A DNA stretch of 64,000 nucleotides from Glycera tridactyla. Taxonomy: Eukaryota. How positions within the stretch are numbered: position 1 is the first letter of the stretch; the number at the start of each line of letters is the position of its first letter. The stretch is from assembly GCA_965644265.1 (NCBI GenBank), contig OZ286465.1, forward strand, positions 89,280,001 through 89,344,000, written 5' to 3'. The notes beneath the pieces are model-generated. The model had not been told where the DNA came from and ran no database searches. It saw only the letters and a list, made by a program, of their open reading frames with translations. The position numbers and the translations under genes were made by a program. Positions 28,801 through 41,049 of the stretch are shown in pieces.

Positions 28801-29379
28801 NNNNNNNNNNNNNNNNNNNNNNNNNNNNNNNNNNNNNNNNNNNNNNNNNNNNNNNNNNNNNNNNNNNNNNNNNNNNNNNNNNNNNNNNNNNNNNNNNNNN
28901 NNNNNNNNNNNNNGCAAACAAATATTCCTGTGGTATGAAGGGTGGAGAAGATGAGAGAGCTGGCGGATGGTTTTTGCAATATCAACCATTGTCATGAGAG
29001 AACACGACTGTAACCGGACTGCTAGTTTATCTGAGTGATAGGACAACTCTCATATATAATGGTAGCAAGCCATGGCTAGTAGGAGGTCATGAGCCGGCCA
29101 CTGTATTCCTCGGACTCCCATCGGGCATCAGCTATAGAGCAAAGATGCTGCATCCGCACATTCATTATCAGGCATTGACATACTGCGAGCTTCATACCTC
29201 TCACATTGCGCCTGGCCAATTGCCCACGCAGTCGGCAGGCATATGNNNNNNNNNNNNNNNNNNNNNNNNNNNNNNNNNNNNNNNNNNNNNNNNNNNNNNN
29301 NNNNNNNNNNNNNNNNNNNNNNNNNNNNNNNNNNNNNNNNNNNNNNNNNNNNNNNNNNNNNNNNNNNNNNNNNNNNNNN

Positions 29380-29488
29380 GACTGACAGAGAGACGGACAG
29401 ACAGACAGACAGAGGAAAAAAGAGAGACAGAGACAAAGGGATGGATAGACTGGTAGACAGGCATGCAGATAGATAGACTGGGAGAAAA

Positions 29489-29530
<42 letters not shown>

Positions 29531-29560
29531 GAACAGATATTCAGATGGATAGACAGGTAG
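29380..29560. repeat. (ACAG)n/(AGAT)n compound microsatellite
   Basis: Seen directly, next to an N gap. Confidence 0.9.
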
Positions 29561-31263
29561 ACAAACAGGGGAAGGTTGCCTGAGTGGATCTGCACATAAT
29601 ACACTTTACCCGATCGCTTTTCCACTTCTTGAAAGAGGTGAAGATGGAGAATGTTTTTAGACATGTACAAATAAAGTGATAGATGAACAAAACAAATGTA
29701 AGTATATGAATCGAAAACAATGAAAAATAGAGAAAAAAAAATGTGTGAATGAAAAGTACATGAATGATTACATAAAGATCCCGAGGGGTCGTATTAATTG
29801 CACATGCAAGCTATTTCAACACAACCAAATATCACAATACATATTAAGTAGAGGGAAATAGGTACAATGTACCGGTTAACAAATATAATGTTCGAATGAT
29901 GCAATTCGGGCAATGCAAGAATATTTCAGAATTAATTGGCAGATTGATTATATAGCTGCAATACATCATACTACCTTCTGATGATGTCAGAATGACCGTT
30001 AGCGTATGTAGGAGTCAATTTCCCATTCCATTAGTGACATTTAGCGAGGACAAGAATCATTCCTCCTATGGAGACTTAGTATTGATGAAAAGAGGAAAAC
30101 AACTGCAATCAAGCAACAGACCTAACCTGTGCGTGAGTAAATGAACGAACGAACGTATGAGGATGAGTATGTGAGTGTGTGAGCTAGTGAGTGAGTGAGT
30201 GAGTGAGCGAAATCATCTTTCTCGTCACAGGATAGGTGACGAAGAGGAGGATGAATGATGCAGCACCTATACACCTCTATCTCATAAAAAAATGCTATTG
30301 CCTTATCGTGATAAATTCTGTCCCCTATGAATTCAACGAAAGTGAGTGCCCAAGTTCAGCAGAAGCATTTTTGTCGCCAGCGAGCAACCGTTTCAATTTC
30401 ATCTCAAGTACTACATCCTTCTGGGGAGAAAGACAGCACTGCCATCGGCTCCGGGTGACAGCCACATATTAAGATTTGTCATCTCTGGTTTCATTCAAGT
30501 TCATATGCTGCATGTACTGGTGCTTCTCAAAGGTTGGCCATTTCCTCTCGACAAAGATTTTGATCTATTGGAGTGAATGATGCCAGTTGTGGATAAGGTA
30601 TACACATTCATATACCAGGAGCAGATAGAATGCATGACCCGTTAGATTGATACATACCGTTAACTACCAACCAACCACCCGACCGACCAATCATCCAACC
30701 AATCAATCAGCCAACCAACCATCCGACCAGCCACCTGATTCTTAACTTCCTCCTCCTTTCCCCCTTGAGTCACTATAGTATCTATTCTCTCTATTCTCAT
30801 CTCAGAGAATGTATGCATTTATGTTCAGACAAGTGTTACCATAGCTCCACATTCTTTTGTAATACCCAGAAATGGCACGCTGAAACGATAGTCTTGTTAT
30901 TCCCAGTTTTAATTGAAAAGAAGGCCCAATTTCTATTTGGATACATGTATACCTGGGAGTTGGGTGGTCGTTGATAATCAGGAACATGTAATGAGCTCTG
31001 GGAGGACGCCTCAATAACGACGTTTTTTATCTGATACAAGCTGGAGCACGTTACTCTGGCTGTTACTCTTGATAAGCAAACGTTACCTCAATAAACTCGT
31101 TGTATTTAAAAATGGCACAGATCATTAGGTGAAATCAACAACACCTGTGGCACGAATCACTGGATAGTTTAACCCCTATCTCTACCCCATAGTCATTATA
31201 CCCAAACTTCCTGCTCGGTATGACCGAAGAATGACACATGGAGAGTCTGTGACATTCATAAGA

Positions 31264-31510
31264 GTCAGAATGAGGAGTTTTGAATGATCTCACCCACCCC
31301 ATTACATGGGCGTCTCGATATAGCCCAGATCATACTCACAGGACTAAAATATCCGATCGACCCACCGACCAACCCACCAAATCAGAATGATGTGTTTTGA
31401 ATGAACTCACCCACACCCATTGCACGGGCGTCTCAATATAGCCCAGATGATGCTCACGGGACTAAAATTACCAGCCGACCAACAAACCAACCAACCAACC
31501 GACCAACCAA
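31264..31510 (+). repeat. Two tandem ~118-bp copies of a dispersed SINE-like module ending in (CCAA)n-like tails
   Basis: Core GGGCGTCTC(A/G)ATATAGCCCAGAT..CTCAC at 31308 and 31426. Related cores occur at ~33854, 56085 and 58816, each followed by a CCAA/CAAT-rich tail. The SINE identity is inferred. Confidence 0.6.
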
Positions 31511-34500
31511 TCTTTTGCTGTAGTCGTCATGTCACTTTAGGAAAAACATGACCGTGGTGGCCCTTCAATGGAGCCGCGGTAGACTGAGTGGATATTATGT
31601 TTGTGACCTGTGAAATACTCGCTGGATCTTAAATCTGACAAGTACTTACTCCGAGCCTGACAATTAGGTGGTCGCCTGCGACACTTTATTACACCGAGTA
31701 GACCCACTGGTTCAGATGATCCTGTTGTCCACGAATATCTATATCTGTGCATACACGCGCATATGTCTGTCTGTCTGTCAGTCTGTTCGTCTATCTGTCT
31801 CTGTCTATATCTGTGTCTGTGTGCTTTCATCGTGGGAAGTTATTGATATATTCATTCATGTTTGGTTATCTAAGGTCGTTCTCACATTATCATTTACATT
31901 TCTCGGTGAATTCCAATTTCTAAGGACGTTTATCATCATCTCGGCATTGGCTATGTTTTTGCACTGTTAGCTCACAAAACTCTTGGGCCTTGCTTGTGGC
32001 CACTGGAGAAATATTGGAAGGAGTGGTCTCATATTATTGCTACTCCACGTTCTGTATCCTAAATAGCCGCCCTTATTGATTGCACGTGGCCTGCCCTATC
32101 GATTCTTTATTTTCCTCTTCATCGACTCTCTATTTCCGTCTTCACCAGTCCTGTAATCGCCCCGCGGTTCCATATTGCCCTCTCCAATAAGCCTACATTG
32201 AATACCCGCCTCATTACTTCGGTATTTCTCCCTTTCATCAATCCCACATTTTCTCATCATCAGTTCTCTATCAAATCTGTATTTCCTTCTTGATCACTTC
32301 TATATTTCCCCTACATTGATTGCACATTTCTCCCAACATCAAATCAATATTTCCTTTTTTCATTCTTACCTATAAAGGCAAGTTCTCACTTTTATGAGAA
32401 TTAGAGATGAATATTGCTTTGATGGTGGCGGCAAGAGGGGAGGAACAAATCAATCAACGTTGATTATGAGCTTAGATAGTACCCCGAATTGCAGGCAGAT
32501 ACGTACTCGATTATATACAGCAGCTGCCGCGCTTTGTCAGAGGAAATTGCAGTCGGAGTGGGCAAGAAACCAGTCCAGCGGATCTAGCTCTCTATCCACT
32601 AAGATCATCATCGGATAAGATTATTCGTGGACTACAATAATCCAATCGACGTCTGTGCCTTGCCTTCAATCAAGAATCGCGCAGCCATGCGCCAGAGAAA
32701 GCCCTTTGTGATCAACTCAAAAATGTTTAGGGCTTGACAGAGTGATCCGGCTGTCAGAGCATCCTACTTTAATGGATTATTATAATTACAAACGGCATAC
32801 ATAATTCTTTGGGTTGATATATGCCGTTATACCATGAGAAAACAAACTTAAAAATGGTTCAGTACAGCTAGGAAATGTCCCAAATATAGATACAATTTCG
32901 GATAGGAGATCATGACACTAGGAAGTTGATGTTGGAAACCCTCGAATCACGTTTCTCCCTCAAAACTTGAGATTGACGTGATCGCACAGGATCGCACAAA
33001 AGCAGCGTTTTGAGCCTATCGTGAATACTGCAGAATGTTGCTCGAGCATTTCAAGAATGGTGCTAGCCAAGATTAGGCGTAGCCTGGGTTTCCAATCTAA
33101 TTCGCCCAGTATCCAGAACAGAAATGCTTTCAATGTGATTCTCTAAGATGTTGGATATTTATGTCTGATTCATATTTCTTTGATTTCATGCTGGGATGAA
33201 CACCGACTTATCCAATTACTAGCCGGGCGACTGCACACGTCCTCATATCAGTTGTAAATGAGCGCCTCTCCTCTAACAGGTCTGCTGGGTCGGAAACTCT
33301 ACACGTCATATTCCGCTAACAACCTCTCAGGTAAGAGGTCTTGCATGCCGGTCGCCATGACAACTGGAAACTCTCTTTTTGCTACAGAGGATGACGTGGG
33401 TTGAACGAAGCATCGTACAGAGTTTGTACACTTGTTAGAGCGGCGGCTTGCCGCTGATGCAAGGCATGCATCCAAGCTACAATGCTCAAACTGAAAAAAT
33501 GCAATTCATCTCATTTGAATAATGGTCTGAAGTGGCTTCATGAAGGCTTCATGTATGTTCATCCGTGGATATTAGATGTCACATCTTATTTCCATCTCAT
33601 AAATTCAAATGCATTACCTACTAAATACGATCCATTCCAATGAACAATACAGTAATACAAATGAACAATACAATAATCAGGACAAGTTGATTAAAAGACT
33701 AATCATTTACCGTGATTATATATTGAGACACTGTCCCCTGTTCAAAACGAGTCGGAAATCAAATGACGTGCGTCAGCGATTTTCATACCATTCAACCTTT
33801 CTTCGGGACGCAACAAGAGGAGTCTTGAGTGATCCGAGCCATGTCCATCGTATGGGCGTCACACATATAATCCACCAATCAATCAATCAATTTCCGATGG
33901 TGATGGTGATTGTATCTGCCCCATCAAGAGAACTTCTATGAAGTACTTTTATTTGAAGTATTACACATATTCCGGAGGAATATCGAGCCGTCATCCACAA
34001 AATCACATTTGATGTAGCTCTGAATTCGGTCGGTGTTGGTTACTTCTTTCCGGTCTAGACCTATTTGTTTCTTTGTGTTTCGAATATCTTCGGTATTGAG
34101 TCAGTTCATAGTTTGACAGTACTGAACAACCACGTCTCCAGCCTAGGAACACTACCACATTCCATCTACTACTACTTCCATTTATGCTGCTGTCAAAGGA
34201 GTATTTCTGTCGGCGATCTGATGTGGTGCGATCATCTACCTGCTAATTCTGGAACCTCCTTTTTTAAACGGGATGGGGATATCATTGGTAGCATCACCCA
34301 GGAATCATACGGATGATCAACCCCTCACCAAGTCGCTGGTGTGTAGCCCGTATCTTTTCCCTCTCGAGCTCATCAACGAGGACCAAGACATGCGTGAGCT
34401 GATAGGGTCTGCCCTCACACCTCTGTTTCTCTCATTCATCAGGTGTGAAGACCTTACCAATACATCACCTGGCCCTCACAGGTAACGGCCACTCATTGCC

Positions 34501-35387
34501 TGAATGTGGTTTGCTTGCGAACTCATGCTATCGGAGATCCTGAAATGACCCTTTGAGTGTTGAATAATGGGATTACACTTTGTGTGTCTCTGACTCTCGC
34601 TTCTTTTCACCTTCCTTTGAGGACACAGACCTATAAGATGTCTTTATATGGGCGTAAATAATATCGCACACAACACGTCTATATGATGTTAAACCTCAAC
34701 CAATCAGCCAATCAGAAATCTCACTTTCCACTTTGGAGCATTCAACAGATTGTTGAGTACATCAGGTAAGCCTGGGCTGAGTTGAGAAGAAAACTTCCTA
34801 TTGATTGGGGCTAATAATTTTCATGGTGAGATATCGAATTCTTCCGAGTGAGGATTATGGGGGTCATATCAAAACAAGACACCGACCACCATATAATTGC
34901 CGAACGTCTTGTCCCATGATCACGGACATGTGGACTTTTAGCGATACTACTTAGTAATTCTTAAAACTTTGCGAGGATATCACAGAGGATATGCATTCAC
35001 AATTCAACAAATATCGACAGGTAGAATGGCACCTGTGGCCCAATCCACCAGGCGCTCTCTTCTATTTGAGCTAATTCGATTCCGGTTGCATGCGACCAAG
35101 CGGTGAGGGTTGATAGGTGGTCTAGGAGAATGTACACAGGAAGGACGGGGCCATTAGCGAGTCATTGAGGCCATTAATGGCAACATATATAGTAGCCCCC
35201 GTGAGACATCGGCAATATGGAGAAGATGCAACAAAAGCACAATTATCATCTGGCACGGACAGCCCGCGGACCACTGGATTCCGCCGCACTAAGTGCCGCT
35301 AGCCTGCACAGTTGGCAAGCCGCCGGGAATGTGCCTACCGTATTGACCATCGGGCTCAGCTGCATCAATATATATACACGACGTCAG

Positions 35388-35418
35388 ATATATATATATA
35401 TATATATATACATATATA
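35388..35418. repeat. (TA)n target tract, left flank of the retrotransposon
   Basis: (AT)n with a single C interruption at 35411. Confidence 0.9.
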
Positions 35419-38400
35419 TGTAACGCCACGTTTTTGAACATGTGACGTTTGTTAGAATAACATGAACAATATAGGGATTTCTGGTAGCGGAATTCGCGGA
35501 ATTCCTCTTTTGAGGCCCGCGGCACTATTTTTACGCTACTAGATTGATAATTATTCCTTCCTACTCCAGAAGCATGAGATAGTTTCACTTCTATTAGTTG
35601 AAAAACAGTAGCAATCCTGTTAGTTTTCTAATATTAGTTGTTTCGCCTATCTGGTTGTTGGTGTGGCAACTAGAGTTCGAGTTACACGCAGTGGACTCGC
35701 CGTTCGCGGCGGGTGCCCAGCTTGCAGTGTTTCTAGGGTGAAACAGTAAAAATGCGATATCTCCATGAATAATGGACGTAGGAAGACCATATTTTTACAC
35801 GATACGTATCTGTATTAGGGCTATAGATATCCCGAAGATGGGAACTGTATCTTTCGAGGCAAAATTGTTAGTCCGTGGGATAGGCCGTTTATCGGACGGT
35901 TTTTTGCCAATAGCGTTGATCACATAGCATAGTGAACGACTCCCTGAGCAGGAGGAGCTCGGAGTCGCGCAGGAGGAAAGTGATCTGCAATGTACATGTA
36001 ATGTACATGCTTTCTCAGAAAATCTTCTGTAATCGATCTAGAAAAGTCTCGAGCGAATACTTTCGAGGTAGCTGACTTGGGGAGCTTGACATCGCTTCTC
36101 CCGCTCTTTTTTCCCGCTCTTTGCTGGCTCTTCAGGACGGATACATAAAAGTATTCCAGACAGGAGTTCTGGCACTTGGAAATTCTGTCCTGAAGAGTAC
36201 GCACCCTAGCTGAGGGAGTCGGGAGCAGAAAACATCTTGCTTCTCCAGGATCGCTGCCTTGGAATAGAAACAATGGACTCCCGTACACCGACCTGAGCTC
36301 TACTACATCCAGTAAGTGTTCATGAGATTTAGAACTGTTTTAGGATCCTTTTAGGAGGCTTTATTAGGAGTCATTTTCCCTATTTGCCCAAATGGCCATT
36401 TTTAGTATCATGCCATTTCATGTCATCGGATCTTCCGTGTTTTGTATTGAATGTACCGTCTTTCGAGCATACGTGGTCAAAATCTAGAATTTGCATGTTT
36501 TGGATGTTTTTGGATCAATTTGGATGATAGGATTTTGTTCCATAAATGCCGTCCTGATCCAAAACGACTAGCTGATAATTCTCGCGGAAATTGGTAGTTC
36601 TATATGTTTCTGTTAATTCCCTGTGCTGTTCCGGTGAATTTGGAACAAGTGGAACTGCGTGGAACTATGCCGTGTTCCTCCAGCATTGTTCCCGGTGCAG
36701 TACGCCTGTATGGGTGGAACAGGGCTATGCAGGAATTTGTAATATAGTATTTAACGCTTGGACTCACTGAATCCTCCGGGTGAGAGAAGCTGTGTGTATG
36801 AACTGCTAACACGTCTCAATATAGCTCCTACCGATCAGATTCTGATCATTTGTGTAATATATCGGATTTCTGTGTGAATTAGATGATTGAATCATTCAAA
36901 ATTCAATTATATTCACGGGATTTCCCTATAGGAATAAAATTGTGAAAGGAATATCTCGGTAAGATCATTTTCAGTTGAAATATCAGCAGAGACGACTGTG
37001 TCTTTTCTCTCTGAATCTGTGTGTTTTTAGACCCGGCTACTCTACCAGTCCATGTGGGCTGAGTTGAAATGAACATGCCTATCTCGGTATGACAATGGCA
37101 GCTCGCTGTCATGTGTACTAACCAGGTCACCGCTGAGGTGAACTCTGCTGCTGGTTTCGTAAATAGCACACACAGCTGATCTGTTTTTCTTTAGCTTCCC
37201 TGATCATATGAATAGAGATCCAGTCAATCTTTTCTTTTCCGAGTGAAATTCTTTATTGAAAAACGTATTTTCATTGAAACGGCTTGTTTTGAGAAGGTAA
37301 TATTCTAACGTCTTTCATATGGTGTGAAAATCTGAAATTCTTTGACGGTTAACCGATCGATTAATCGATTAATCGACCGATCAAATATGCTTCAATTTCA
37401 GTATTCTGAATTTATTTCGGCTTGCAAAAAGCTTGTTTATAAACGATCAAGTGCTAGTTTGATGGTATTTCAATTTCCATGACCACAACTGTCGTATTTG
37501 TCAATTGAAGATCCGGTGAAATGTTTTTGGTGCTCGTACTGGTAATAGACACGAAGGGGAGACGACAAACCGAGGCTTATTTTGTTTACACGTAGCGCCT
37601 GCTTGTGATTCATGTGCTCGGCTTGAATTTAGACTTTTTCGGAGAAGGTCCACTCTGATAAGCTTGATTTCTGTCCTAAGCGCCGTATATCCTAAGCACG
37701 GACCCGTCCTAAGCTTGCTTAGTCTTGTGTGATGTCCCTGAGTCCCGTGACCTACTTTTTTGAGGAAACCTCCGTATTGAGACCAACCTGTCACATGTGA
37801 CCACTTTGAGATTTTTGGTCTATATGATCTGCGACATCACGTTGGACTGTATTTTCGAAGGAAAATTCTTTTGAATTGATTTTAGACCTTCAAACGGCTA
37901 TATTTGTAATTGTTTAGCTCTCGTAATGAATAAGCTGCAATGCGCTGTCATTTGAGCTCCGAGATACTTTCTGAGCGATCTGGAATGAACAGCTGTTTCT
38001 GACTGAGCGGTCAGATGTAAACAATCCGCCATTTTGGATTTCCATCCGCCACATGTATGAGCCTCACTTTGAGCCTCCGATCCACTTTACACTTTTCAAC
38101 AAGTTTGAAACTTTTTCACTTTTGGATAAAAGCTTTTAGATGCTTTAGAATTGATCGGAATTGTTTCTCGTTATGTGCGGATTGCTTTTGTAGAACTTCA
38201 GTGTGCTGGCTTTAGCGCTGTTTGTGATTTGACAGCGCGGACTTAGCGCGTTGACTGAAACTCAGCACGGTGCTTACTGGACTTACTCATGGTCTTACCT
38301 AGTAAGCACATTTGTGTTTGAGGTTGGTGACATATGGGACTGCATGTAAATGCATTTCGCTCTTATATTTCTAGAATTATTTGACTAATTTCGACTTTAG

Positions 38401-40587
38401 ACATTACCGAATGGCTTGAAATGAGTTGAAATTGGGATTTGGTGAATTTTAGAATTCGAACTTAGCACGGACTTGGTAGATCGGAACTTAGACCCCGCTG
38501 CTGTTGCAGCTGTGACTTAGTGCGTTCCGGTCTATGTTAGGTAGGTCATACTCACAGTGTAAGGGAGGGGGAACTTGGGTTGATTTCAGATCTTGCCTCT
38601 TGCTTCGGTGAGTGGTAACTTTATCTGATACTGTCTACAAAGACCACCTGTTCTGAATAGATTAATTTCTCTATCTTGGATTCTTAACTTAGAATTTATT
38701 CAAATTTTTGAATTTGATTTGATGAGGACTTAACTATTTTTGATTTTGAAAAGCGTGCTTGCTCTTTTCATGCAGACAGTTGGACTTCAACTTTTTCGCT
38801 GTATTGCTGCTGCATCATGATCCCAGCTGACTGAGAGAGGACTTGGTGTGTCCACCTTTCTAGTTCATTTCCCGTGAACTTAGCTCTCTCTGATACAGCT
38901 GATGATTTTTTAATGCCTTGTTCATTGATTGATTAACTTAGTTGGCTCAGTGCCTGCTCCGTTGATAATGGCTTAAGTGCATTGAGATTTCTTTTCAACG
39001 GTGATACTTGCTGATTGTCTTTTGACAATCTCTTCAACTGAATGTTGAAATATTTCTAGTAACTCGATCAATGGTAACTTGTAAGTTAAATTCTTATGCT
39101 ATTTAGTTAGTGGGGAATAGAGTGGGATCCTGCCTTCCCACTATAATAGATCTGGCAACTGCAAGTAACTAAGTGCACGCAACAAACATAAATAAAACTT
39201 AGAGTTGTTTAAAGATACTTTTTGAATTAAAACTTTTCTTTATGATACTTGGACAAGTTGGTAGGAGACTTTTTTTTATCTTCTTGCAGCGACCAACGCG
39301 TCTGAGATGTCGTAAATTGAAGAGGTGCGTACTCTTCAGGCCACTCCATTCCCATGTCGCCTCCCGGGCTTATGGGATACTACTAATATAGGCGGATATG
39401 CCTAGCCATCGTCTACGTGATCTTTAGTGTGTTAAACGCACTATACACATGTGAGATGTGTAGGACATAATCTCTTCATACGGTGAGATGCTGTTAGCTA
39501 TCTTTACGAGATAAGCTACTTCACTCGAGAGGAATGGTGTCTCCTCTCTACTTCTACTTCCATCTACGCTACGCGTTCTAGTATCAGCTACCATCAGTCT
39601 CTAGCTGATATGGATATATAACCAAGGTTCGTCATCACATGTGCAACTAGGTGGCCACCACTATATTAACTTTTAAAGTCGATCTTTCATCGTGGGTCTT
39701 TAACCCAAACTTTTAAAGTCATATATCTAAAGTGCACTAACTATCTAGACACAGTGTCTTTGACTTTGTTTATATTTCTAGCTAGCTACAGTGGCCACTT
39801 CTCAAGCGCCCAAGTCAACGATGGAACAAGAAAGAAGATAGTACTATAGTAAGGTTTGAGCTCAAACTTGTGACTATTTGAGTGTGTACTTGTATTACTC
39901 ATTGAGATACCTCACTTTGTCATGTAGCCATGAATATCTTGTGTACGTGTATGTCGTGAGTTGAATAATTCTGATATATCACTGGTATTTATGTAACACG
40001 AGTTCATCCATACTTGTCATATATGTATATGATTCAGATCTGAATATTTGAAATGAATTTATTTATTGCATCATGAGTATAACTGACTTTTTGTCTAATT
40101 GATACTGTGATAATCTATATTGCTTCATTCTATTTATGATCCATCATTTACAACCTACTATGTGAACTATATACAAATTAAAATATGTATCTACAACTCT
40201 ATTTATGTGTCATCTTATACTTTTGAACCAACAATTGAGTTCCCTGTGTGATGGATGAGATGTCTTTATAGATTTATGGTTTCATTAGAGCTTGGCAAAC
40301 AATGGGATTCAACATGTAATACTGATCGCGCTTATAACATCTTTTAGTACAACGTATATATTTTTGTGAACATCGATCCACAGGAGCAATGCCATTTATT
40401 TTGACATTGGGATAAATGGGGTAAAAGCCCGGTTAACCTATACATTGCTTTCTGCTGTTCTTGATAATGGGGATTTAATCAGATATAAACTTCTTGCCAA
40501 GGTTGCATCTTAAGGAAGAGGAGGGAATACTCCTACAAGCCTGTCGGATGACTGGTTTAATTCCATTGTCATATTGGAAGGATTACA
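35419..40587 (+). repeat. 5' LTR, 5,169 bp
   Basis: Starts TGTAACGCC and ends GGATTACA, 2 nt before the PBS. Matches 47241-52409 with 11 substitutions by eye. The end could alternatively be 40589. Confidence 0.95.
36142..36177 (+). promoter_or_regulatory. Candidate LTR core promoter (TATA-like box plus Inr-like motif); copy in the 3' LTR at 47964-47999
   Basis: TACATAAAAG at 36142 and GCACTT ~30 bp downstream, followed by a strong splice donor CA|GTAAGT at 36312. Motif-level evidence only. Confidence 0.35.
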
Positions 40588-40589
40588 CA

Positions 40590-40607
40590 TGGGGGCTCGT
40601 CCGGGAT
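40590..40607 (+). promoter_or_regulatory. Primer-binding site complementary to tRNA-Pro
   Basis: TGGGGGCTCGTCCGGGAT is the exact 18-nt complement of the metazoan tRNA-Pro 3' end including CCA, and is the known MLV PBS-Pro sequence. Confidence 0.93.
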
Positions 40608-41049
40608 CAGATTTGTTGATGTCTGATTTGCCCAGCCATGATGTTTTTGAAATTTAATTGATCAAATTTCATCTCACTATATCATACAGTGGTCTTATTT
40701 GTGGTACAATTGTATGACTTGTAGATGCATGTTTTTATTTACAGGCATGTATTAATCCATTCATTTACATCTTCTATATGCATTATATCTTTATCTGGAT
40801 TTGAGTAGTGATGACTTATATGCTACACTGGACTGACTGAATTGGTATGTGAAATTATTCTGTATTAATAGTGCGATTTGGTGCCACTGGTTCATACCAG
40901 ATTAATCCAAAACTTTGTTTCAGATACGGAATTTAGCCTGAGTGTTGCATATGTATTAATCATTTTACTTTACACAGGATTAATACCCTTTCTTTGTGTG
41001 AATTTATATTCTCTATTTAGGGTAGTGCCATATATCTTGCAACGTCAAC

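Noticed and set aside
34273-34485. Exon-like ORF (DDQPLTKSLVCSPYLFPLELINEDQDMRELIG) ending at CAG|GTAAC
   Set aside because: Isolated, no recognisable homology, and no partner exons could be linked
33441-35325. 12-bp inverted pair CGGCGGCTTGCC / GGCAAGCCGCCG about 1.9 kb apart
   Set aside because: No TSD or further similarity; compatible with chance or small repeat fragments
35289-37794. Minus-strand ORFs of 70-122 aa in the 5' LTR, repeated at 47090-49616
   Set aside because: They recur only because the LTR is duplicated, have no recognisable motifs, and the first crosses the LTR boundary. No evidence of coding, although a spliced antisense gene is not excluded.
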